Origin: an uncultured Alphaproteobacteria bacterium
Lineage (GTDB): Bacteria; Pseudomonadota; Alphaproteobacteria; RF32; CAG-239
Assembly: GCA_944392265.1 (NCBI GenBank)
Contig: CALXWC010000004.1
Span: forward strand, 3,983 to 67,982
Direction: 5' to 3'
Length of the DNA: 64,000 nt
Below are positions 57,031 through 64,000 of this stretch, piece by piece. The position numbers and the translations under genes were made by a program. The notes beneath the pieces are model-generated. The model did not search any database. It was not told the origin of the DNA and saw only the letters and a program-made list of their open reading frames with translations. Position 1 is the first letter of the stretch; each line of letters starts with the position of its first letter.

Positions 57031-58317
57031 TTATGCTGACTTTTTATTTTCAGAAGACTTTTTATTTTCCTTACGATAAATCAGCTTCGGTGCTTTTTTG
57101 TCATTGATAACTTTTTCATCAATCACAATTTCTGCAACGTCTTTTTTATCCGGAATATCATACATTAATTCAAGTAAGTTTTCTTCCATAATAGCTCTTA
57201 AGCCACGAGCGCCGGTTTTGCGTTCAATTGCTTTTTTGGCAATGGCAATCAATGCTTCATCGGTGAAAGTTAACTTAACATCTTCCATCTCAAACAAGCT
57301 GGCATATTGACGAACCAATGCGTTTTTAGGTTCAGTTAAAACTTTAACCAATGCTGCTTCATCTAAATCTTCCAATGTGGCAATGACCGGCAAACGACCA
57401 ACAAATTCTGGAATCAAACCATATTTTAACAAATCTTCTGGTTCTACTTCTTTCAAAATATCGCCAATGCGTCTTTCATCCGGACCTCTGACCTCAGCAC
57501 CGAAACCGATAGAAGATTCTTTACCTCTGCTGCCAACAATTTTTTCCAAGCCGGAAAATGCACCGCCGCAAATAAACAAGATGTTGGTTGTATCAACGTG
57601 CAAAAATTCTTGTTGCGGATGTTTGCGTCCACCTTGAGGCGGAACATTGGCAACCGTACCTTCAATGATTTTTAACAAAGCTTGTTGCACGCCTTCACCG
57701 GACACATCTCTTGTAATTGACGGACCGTCTGTTTTTCTAGTAATTTTATCAATTTCATCAATATAAACGATACCGCGTTGAGCTTTTTCAATATCATAGT
57801 TAGCGGCTTGAACCAGCTTTAAGATAATGTTTTCAACGTCTTCACCAACGTATCCGGCCTCTGTTAAAGTTGTTGCATCTGCAATGGCAAAAGGGACATC
57901 CAAAATTTTTGCCAAAGTTTGCGCCAACAATGTTTTACCGGAACCTGTTGAACCAATCAAAATGACGTTTGATTTTGAAATATCAACTTCTTTATCTTTA
58001 GTCTTATTATCTAAATTATTTAATCTTTTATAGTGGTTATATACGGCAACAGACAAAACCTTTTTGGCTCTTTCTTGCCCGATAACATATTGATCCAAAA
58101 ACTCTTTAATTTTGGAAGGAGTTGGCAAGTTTTCAGAATCAATACCACCTTCTCTTTTGGCTTCTTCAGCCATTTCATCTGCAACAATATTGATGCAAAC
58201 TTCAATACATTCATCACAGATATATACGCCTCTGCCGGCAACCAGTTTTTTTACTTCTGACTGACTTTTTCCGCAGAAAGAACAGTGCAATTCGTTGTTA
58301 TCTTTGTTATCACTCAT
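57031..58317 (-). CDS. clpX: ATP-dependent protease ATPase subunit ClpX
   Basis: 428 aa. N-terminal zinc finger CSFCGK...CDEC. Walker [15 protein letters not shown]-loop region. Confidence 0.95.
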   Translation of the reverse strand: MSDNKDNNELHCSFCGKSQSEVKKLVAGRGVYICDECIEVCINIVADEMAEEAKREGGIDSENLPTPSKIKEFLDQYVIGQERAKKVLSVAVYNHYKRLNNLDNKTKDKEVDISKSNVILIGSTGSGKTLLAQTLAKILDVPFAIADATTLTEAGYVGEDVENIILKLVQAANYDIEKAQRGIVYIDEIDKITRKTDGPSITRDVSGEGVQQALLKIIEGTVANVPPQGGRKHPQQEFLHVDTTNILFICGGAFSGLEKIVGSRGKESSIGFGAEVRGPDERRIGDILKEVEPEDLLKYGLIPEFVGRLPVIATLEDLDEAALVKVLTEPKNALVRQYASLFEMEDVKLTFTDEALIAIAKKAIERKTGARGLRAIMEENLLELMYDIPDKKDVAEIVIDEKVINDKKAPKLIYRKENKKSSENKKSA

Positions 58318-58328
58318 ATCTCTTACCC

Positions 58329-58961
58329 TTATTTGCCGGCAATTTCAGTACGATTGGTCACGATTTGATCAATCAGGCCAAATTTTAATGCTTCTTCAGG
58401 TGTCATAAAATTATCTCTTTCCATTGCTTTTTCAACAACAGATAATTTTTGTCCTGTATGGATAGAATATAATTTATTCATTCTTTTTTTCAACTCAACC
58501 AAATTTCTGGCATGGATTTCAATATCGGTCACCTGACCTTTGAAACCGGAACTTGGTTGGTGAATCATTATCATTGAATTTGGCAAAGAAAATCTTTTTC
58601 CCTTAGTTCCGGCTGCCAAAAGGAAAGAACCCATTGAGCAAGCTTGACCGATGCATACCGTGTTTACATCACAAGTAATGTATTGCATGGTGTCATACAT
58701 AGCCATGCCGGATGTAACGGAACCGCCCGGAGAGTTGATATACATATAAATATCTTTTTTAGGATTTTCTGATTCCAAAAATAACAATTGAGCGCAAACC
58801 AATGCAGACATCTCATCATTAACCTCACCGGTTAAAAAGATTATTCTTTCTTTTAACAATCTGGAAAAGATATCAAAAGAACGTTCGCCTTTTGAGGTTT
58901 GCTCAATTACCATAGGAATCAAGCTATCATTAATCCGCTCTAAAGAATTTTGCATAATCAT
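58329..58961 (-). CDS. clpP: ATP-dependent Clp protease proteolytic subunit
   Basis: Catalytic [11 protein letters not shown] (Ser) and IMIHQPS (His). ATG 58961 is preceded by AAGGAA. The ORF track extends to TTG 58988. Confidence 0.95.
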   Translation of the reverse strand: MIMQNSLERINDSLIPMVIEQTSKGERSFDIFSRLLKERIIFLTGEVNDEMSALVCAQLLFLESENPKKDIYMYINSPGGSVTSGMAMYDTMQYITCDVNTVCIGQACSMGSFLLAAGTKGKRFSLPNSMIMIHQPSSGFKGQVTDIEIHARNLVELKKRMNKLYSIHTGQKLSVVEKAMERDNFMTPEEALKFGLIDQIVTNRTEIAGK

Positions 58962-59039
58962 TGTGTTTTCCTTACTTTTATAATTCAATTTTTTATTCTT
59001 TATAAAACAATATCATCAATAAAAAGTAAAGAAAAAGCA

Positions 59040-59726
59040 CTATTTTTTATCTATTACGCAAAAAATATTTTTTCCTAAAATATTCTTTAATCCAAGTTTA
59101 TCTAAAAAATTGCTGATTGGGAAAATATATTTATCATATATTTTTAAGGTATCGGGGTTTAATTTTCCATCTTTACTGCCAATCAGTTTATAAAGCAATG
59201 TAATAAAAAAGCCGCAAGAATCAGCATAATAGAGCTCTTTTAGAGTCCATTTTTCATTATTTTGGAACAAATTTTCTATTTTGTTTTTTGAATATCTGCG
59301 AAAGTGACCTACCTTTTTATCCATTGCCGAATATAAACAATCAAAAGCCGGAAGATATAAAATAACCCTTCCCCCTTGCTTTAATTTTTGATAAAAAAGC
59401 TCAACGATTTCATCATCTTTTTTAATATGTTCCAAAACATTGCTGGAATATATGACATCAACCGATTTATCCGGCAACTCATTTAAGGAATCATAGCAAA
59501 TTTTGTTTTTATAAAATTTTTTTAAATTCTCAGCTGGTTCTATACAACAAATTTCCTTATTGATTTTTTTCTCAAGCAAATTTGCTAATGTTCTGCTTCC
59601 TGCACCAAAATCAACAATAAAGCTATCCGTATCTTTTAACTGTGAGCTTATCTTTTCTATAATCTCGTGATTATAATTTTCAGCAAGAACCAAGGCATCT
59701 AGGTTATCTTCTCCAGAATATTTCAT
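59040..59726 (-). CDS. class I SAM-dependent methyltransferase
   Basis: 228 aa. Motif I VDFGAGSRT and motif II-like DVIYSSNVLEH. Confidence 0.7.
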   Translation of the reverse strand: MKYSGEDNLDALVLAENYNHEIIEKISSQLKDTDSFIVDFGAGSRTLANLLEKKINKEICCIEPAENLKKFYKNKICYDSLNELPDKSVDVIYSSNVLEHIKKDDEIVELFYQKLKQGGRVILYLPAFDCLYSAMDKKVGHFRRYSKNKIENLFQNNEKWTLKELYYADSCGFFITLLYKLIGSKDGKLNPDTLKIYDKYIFPISNFLDKLGLKNILGKNIFCVIDKK

Positions 59727-60652
59727 TTGTTACTATCACCTATATTATACCTTAAATAAGATAAGCGTCTGGTTTCTTTTCTGCTTTTTGAAATACTATC
59801 CAAAATTAAACCGACGAAAAAGCTAATACCAGACAAAATCATTAACCCCATTGATAAAAATGCTCTGGGAAATTTTTGAACCAAATGAGTTTCAAAATAT
59901 TCTTCAACTACAGGAATTCCCAGCCATAAGGAACTCAAAAAACACAATATTGTTAAAATATTAAAAAACAATAATGGTCTTTCATCTTTAATTAAGTTTA
60001 CAATCATCAATAAAATTCTGATACCGTCTTTATAGGTTGATAACTTGCTTTCCGAACCTTTGGGACGTGCAAAATAATCAGTCTCAATTTCTTTGAACGG
60101 TAGTTTTGATGAAAGAGCGTGCACGGTTAACTCTGTTTCTGTTTCAAAGCCTGTCGATTGTGCAGGAAAGCTCTTTACAAACCTTTTTGAAAAAACACGA
60201 TACCCTGATAGCATATCTATCAGATTTTGATGAAAAAAGCTTTGAACCAACTTGGTTAACAAAATATTCCCCCAACGATGCCCTACTCTGTATGCCGCTA
60301 AATCGACCTCTTTTCTGGCTCCCACAACCATATCTAAATCATTATCTATCAGTTCTTTAATCAGCTTTGGTGCTTTTTTTATGTCATAAGTTTCATCACC
60401 ATCACTCATCACATAAATATCGGCATCAATATCTGCAAACATTCTTCTAACGACATTACCTTTGCCCTGATATGGCTCAAATTTTACAATTGCACCGGCT
60501 TTTTTGGCTATTTCTGCTGTTTTATCCGTAGAATTATTGTCATATACATATATTTTTGCGTCTGGCAAAATTTTTTTAAAGTCTTCAATTACTTTTTTTA
60601 TGGCAACTTCCTCATTATAACAAGGAATAAGCACCGCAATTTTATTCTTCAT
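59723..60652 (-). CDS. family 2 glycosyltransferase (polyprenyl-phosphate sugar transferase type, with C-terminal TM helices)
   Basis: 309 aa. AVLIPCYNEE, DxD-like SDGDETY, and two C-terminal hydrophobic helices as in GtrB/ArnC-like enzymes. Confidence 0.75.
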   Translation of the reverse strand: MKNKIAVLIPCYNEEVAIKKVIEDFKKILPDAKIYVYDNNSTDKTAEIAKKAGAIVKFEPYQGKGNVVRRMFADIDADIYVMSDGDETYDIKKAPKLIKELIDNDLDMVVGARKEVDLAAYRVGHRWGNILLTKLVQSFFHQNLIDMLSGYRVFSKRFVKSFPAQSTGFETETELTVHALSSKLPFKEIETDYFARPKGSESKLSTYKDGIRILLMIVNLIKDERPLLFFNILTILCFLSSLWLGIPVVEEYFETHLVQKFPRAFLSMGLMILSGISFFVGLILDSISKSRKETRRLSYLRYNIGDSNK

Positions 60653-62351
60653 AAAAGACCTCCTTTAACTCTTCAACACTCATAAATTTTTCTTCATTAA
60701 GCCAAATTTTTTGAGCTGATTTTGCATCTGCACAAAGGTATGTAAAATCAATTTGATTGTTGACTAGTTTTTTACATTTCATTTTATCTATTGTTTTTAA
60801 CAAATCTACTTTGTTAACATAAGGAATATATTTAGGACTTTGAATTAATATAAACTTATCTCCTTTATGTTCCTCTTCCGTTTGTATTCTTAAATTTCGC
60901 CAATTATCATTCCAACTAAATAATTCTATATTTATTCCTAAAGCATGTTTGAAGATATAATTATATTGATACATATTTAGTCCTTTGATTGAAGGATTTT
61001 TTATTCCCCAATATGCAATATAAGCAGAAGATGGTAAATTATATATTTTAATTAGACTATTCTCAGGGAAATTTATATCTTCAATGTATAAATATTTATC
61101 CTGTTTTAAGCCAATTTTTTCATAGTCTATTCTTTTTCCCCAAATTTCAGAAAATATGATTGTTGAGAATAAGATGAATAAGGTTAAGATAAAAATCGTA
61201 CCATAAATAATCTCGGAATATATTTTCTTAGGTTGAAAGCTCAATAAAACTTTTACGATATAAAGAGAAATCAAAAACTCACCAATAACAAAATATCTGG
61301 ATATTGAAAAAACACTCATCCACAATATGTATGATGTGATGCTTATCCAAAATAAAAACCACCATTTTTTTTCTATTGTATTATTTTTTTTCAAGATTGA
61401 TTTTATTGCATATGCAACAACATAAATAATCAGAATAAAGTAAACTATTGCTTGTCTGAAATCCACGACAAACATTTTTATTCCTTCTTCTCTATGTAGG
61501 GTAAAGCTATTTATAATAGGCCAAAAAACATAATCAATTGCGCTTTTTGGAACATGGGTTCCATCCCTGAAATTTTCTTTTGGGAACCAATCTGATACAA
61601 AAATATTATTTAAAAACGGGAAAAACGGATTTTCAAACATTTTCCACATTTTTATTAACCATGGACCTGCTGCCAATAAAAATGAAAGCACACCAAAAAA
61701 AGCAAAGTAGCAGATATTCTTTCTAAAATTTTTTATATCTTTATGAAAAACAAAAAGTCCCGTGGTTACGCTGATTATCCAGTAAAAAAAAGTGTATTTT
61801 AAGCCAAAAGCGAAACCAAGCAAACTTGCCGAAATAATGAAAGGTTTTTTATCTCCTGTTTGAGTGACAAAAATTTCTTTCATCAACACATAAATTGCGC
61901 AAGTTACCAAAAAACTCAGCTGTATTTCATTTGTTGAGGTACCGATTTGTAAATATGTTCCATTAGCTGTTAAAGCAACAAACAATGTCAAAAATATTTG
62001 AAGTTTGCTTCTTACATCATTTTGATTAAAATATATTTTGGTAATTTTATAGTACAACCATAATAAGCCACCGAACCATAATCCTTGCATAAAATATATA
62101 AAAACAGGATAGTCGTTGAGATAAAAAATAAGGTAATATAGCGGAATATCTGGCAATGGATTAAAAAAACCATTTAAGCCAGCCACAAGCACATCTTGGC
62201 CGACACGATTATTAACAAATGCCCACGCATTAAAAAAATGATAATTTACAAAATCCCAAGCTACATCTTGTTGCAAAATTACGCTGAGCAATCCACCAAA
62301 TAGAACAAATAACAAACAATGTAATTTTCCCGATTTTAAAATATTTATCAT
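60642..62351 (-). CDS. large polytopic membrane protein, probable GT-C-type glycosyltransferase
   Basis: 569 aa. About 12 hydrophobic helices followed by a soluble C-terminal ~170 aa. Overlaps the GT2 gene start by 11 nt. Confidence 0.5.
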   Translation of the reverse strand: MINILKSGKLHCLLFVLFGGLLSVILQQDVAWDFVNYHFFNAWAFVNNRVGQDVLVAGLNGFFNPLPDIPLYYLIFYLNDYPVFIYFMQGLWFGGLLWLYYKITKIYFNQNDVRSKLQIFLTLFVALTANGTYLQIGTSTNEIQLSFLVTCAIYVLMKEIFVTQTGDKKPFIISASLLGFAFGLKYTFFYWIISVTTGLFVFHKDIKNFRKNICYFAFFGVLSFLLAAGPWLIKMWKMFENPFFPFLNNIFVSDWFPKENFRDGTHVPKSAIDYVFWPIINSFTLHREEGIKMFVVDFRQAIVYFILIIYVVAYAIKSILKKNNTIEKKWWFLFWISITSYILWMSVFSISRYFVIGEFLISLYIVKVLLSFQPKKIYSEIIYGTIFILTLFILFSTIIFSEIWGKRIDYEKIGLKQDKYLYIEDINFPENSLIKIYNLPSSAYIAYWGIKNPSIKGLNMYQYNYIFKHALGINIELFSWNDNWRNLRIQTEEEHKGDKFILIQSPKYIPYVNKVDLLKTIDKMKCKKLVNNQIDFTYLCADAKSAQKIWLNEEKFMSVEELKEVFYEE

Positions 62352-62423
62352 TTTTTTCTCCTTAAATGTGAGCTCATTTTATCAATAATTTAAAATCTTA
62401 GTAGAAAAATTATAATTATACAC

Positions 62424-62457
62424 ATAAAAAAAAGCCGACGATTGTCGGCTTTTTTTA
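62424..62457. terminator. rho-independent terminator after tig (bidirectional appearance)
   Basis: Stem aagccgac/gtcggctt with loop gatt, flanked by A and T runs. Confidence 0.7.
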
Positions 62458-62471
62458 GATTTCATATTTAA

Positions 62472-63842
62472 TTAAGAAGCTTTTTTAGTTGTTTTTTTAG
62501 CTGCTTTTTTAGTGGTTTTAGCTTCTTCATTAAAGTTATAAAGCTCTTCGATAGAAACTGTTTTTTCATCTACTTTAGCTTGAGAAATGATGTGATCAAC
62601 GATTTTTTCTTCAAAAATCGGAGCTTTCAAATTTTCAACTGCTTGTTTGTTTTTAACATAGAAATCAAAAACAGCTTTTTCTTGTCCAGGATATTTACGA
62701 GCTTCGGCCATAATTGCTTGATTGATATCATCAGCGTTAATGGTGATTTTTGCATTTTGACCAATTTCAGACAAGAGCAAACCGAGTTTAACTCTGCGAA
62801 CTGCAATATTTTTGTATTCAGCCAACAAATCTTCTTCAGGTTTTGCTTTTTCTTCTTCATCCAATTGGTTATACTTTTTAGCTTGTTCATATTGGTTAAC
62901 GATTGCTTTGTATTCAGCATCAACCAAAGATTCAGGAACTTCAAAAGTATAATTCTTATCCAAAATATCCAAGAGTTGTCTTTTCAACTTCATTTTAGAA
63001 GCAGCTTCGTAATCACCCTTAATGCGCTCAGCAATAACGGCTTTTAATTTATCCAAGCTTTCTTCGCCCATAGATTTTGCAAAATCATCATTGATTTCAA
63101 CATCTTTTGCTTCACGCAATTCTTTAATTTCGCAAGCAAAAACAGCTGCTTTGCCTGCCAAATCTTTTGCATGATAATTTTCAGGGAAAGTAACGTTAAC
63201 ATCAACTTTTTCGCCTGCTTTTTTGCCAATCAATTGGTCTTCAAAACCAGGAATGAAAGAGTTAGAACCCAAAACTAAAGGATAGTTATTACCCTTGCCG
63301 CCTTGGAATTCAACACCGTCAACTGAGCCAACAAAATCAATAACGGCTGTATCGCCTTTTTTAGAAGCTCTGTCTTCTTCAACTTTTTTGGTTTCTTTGC
63401 GTGCATCTGCCAAATATTTCAATGCTTTTTCAACTTCTTCTGCAGGAACTTCAGCAATTTGTTTTTCCAAAGCAATGTCTTTGATTCCGTCAAAATTAAT
63501 TTCTGGCATAATTTCTACGTTTACATCAAATTCAACATCTTCGCCGTCTTTGAAAGCGGTGATTTTAACATCAGGCATCATAACCGGACGCAAATTGTTA
63601 TCTTTAATAACTTGCTGAGCGGTTTTTTGAACCAAATCTTCCAATACTTCAGCTTTTGCAGAAGCTTCATATTTTTGTTTAATCATGGAAGCCGGAGCTT
63701 TTCCTGCTCTGAAACCAGGCATTTTAACAGATTTAGCAATAGAATTAATTTTTGCATCAACATCTTTGGCAAAATCTGCTGCCAAAACAGTTACTTTGTA
63801 AGATTTTTTCAAACCTTCAGATTTTACTTCTTTAATATTCAT
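62472..63842 (-). CDS. tig: trigger factor
   Basis: 456 aa from ATG 63842 (MNIKEVKSEGLKKSYKV). Ribosome-binding signature GFRAGKAP. FKBP-type middle domain. The ORF-track extension to 63962 runs through the tRNA-Leu gene. Confidence 0.9.
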   Translation of the reverse strand: MNIKEVKSEGLKKSYKVTVLAADFAKDVDAKINSIAKSVKMPGFRAGKAPASMIKQKYEASAKAEVLEDLVQKTAQQVIKDNNLRPVMMPDVKITAFKDGEDVEFDVNVEIMPEINFDGIKDIALEKQIAEVPAEEVEKALKYLADARKETKKVEEDRASKKGDTAVIDFVGSVDGVEFQGGKGNNYPLVLGSNSFIPGFEDQLIGKKAGEKVDVNVTFPENYHAKDLAGKAAVFACEIKELREAKDVEINDDFAKSMGEESLDKLKAVIAERIKGDYEAASKMKLKRQLLDILDKNYTFEVPESLVDAEYKAIVNQYEQAKKYNQLDEEEKAKPEEDLLAEYKNIAVRRVKLGLLLSEIGQNAKITINADDINQAIMAEARKYPGQEKAVFDFYVKNKQAVENLKAPIFEEKIVDHIISQAKVDEKTVSIEELYNFNEEAKTTKKAAKKTTKKAS

Positions 63843-63883
63843 AGATTTTCTCTCTCTAGGGTTAACCATTTTTACAAAAAAAA

Positions 63884-63968
63884 TGGTGCGAGCGGAGAGA
63901 CTCGAACTCTCAAACCTTGCGGCACCAGATCCTAAGTCTGGCGTGTCTACCAATTTCACCACGCTCGC
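63884..63968 (-). tRNA. tRNA-Leu (anticodon UAG), type II with long variable arm, CCA encoded
   Basis: Minus-strand sequence gcgagcg-tg-gtgaaattggtagacac-g-ccaga-ctTAGga-tctgg-tgccgcaaggtttga-gagag-ttcgagt-ctctc-cgctcgc-acca. Confidence 0.9.
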
Positions 63969-64000
63969 TATTACTTATTTTTGCTTGCATAGTAAAGAAA

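Noticed and set aside
63843-63962. N-terminal 40-aa extension of the trigger factor ORF
   Set aside because: The extension reads through the tRNA-Leu gene. The ATG at 63842 gives the canonical trigger factor N-terminus MNIKEVK...
1-64000. Mobile elements (IS, transposase, integrase, group II intron RT) and toxin-antitoxin or known defence systems
   Set aside because: No ORF in any frame shows DDE transposase, tyrosine or serine recombinase, reverse-transcriptase, restriction-modification, Cas or other defence-system motifs that I can recognise. The only mobility signatures are the tRNA-fragment scars reported above.

Overview
Visibly AT-rich, densely coding bacterial chromosomal window: about 60 credible CDS, 2 tRNAs, 1 tmRNA. 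No transposase, integrase, phage or CRISPR genes were recognised. The backbone looks alphaproteobacterial: a circularly permuted two-piece ssrA (tag ANDNNVAPVAMAA) next to an SspB-type adaptor, dusB-trkA-hfq-hflX, tpiA-secG-pyrG...kdsA, and tig...clpP-clpX. An anaerobe-type set is present: flavodiiron protein, PerR-like Fur regulator, rubrerythrin and formate-THF ligase. Lineage-specific orphan genes are wedged between these conserved blocks. The main observations are: (1) four tandem mosaic paralogs (24188-28052) of an unrecognised repeat-protein family, all ending ...SFF, with near-identical gene-boundary modules and a shared SD-less leader motif that also precedes two unrelated orphan genes; (2) a duplicated cassette beside an S41 peptidase gene, with conserved flanks around two strongly diverged 4-TM proteins; (3) a 1437-aa membrane-anchored coiled-coil giant; (4) a tRNA-Pro locus flanked by tRNA fragments that carry GC-rich insertions and by a 58-nt direct repeat; (5) a three-gene glycosylation module splitting tig from clpP. 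All function calls rest on motif recognition by eye; no database search was possible.
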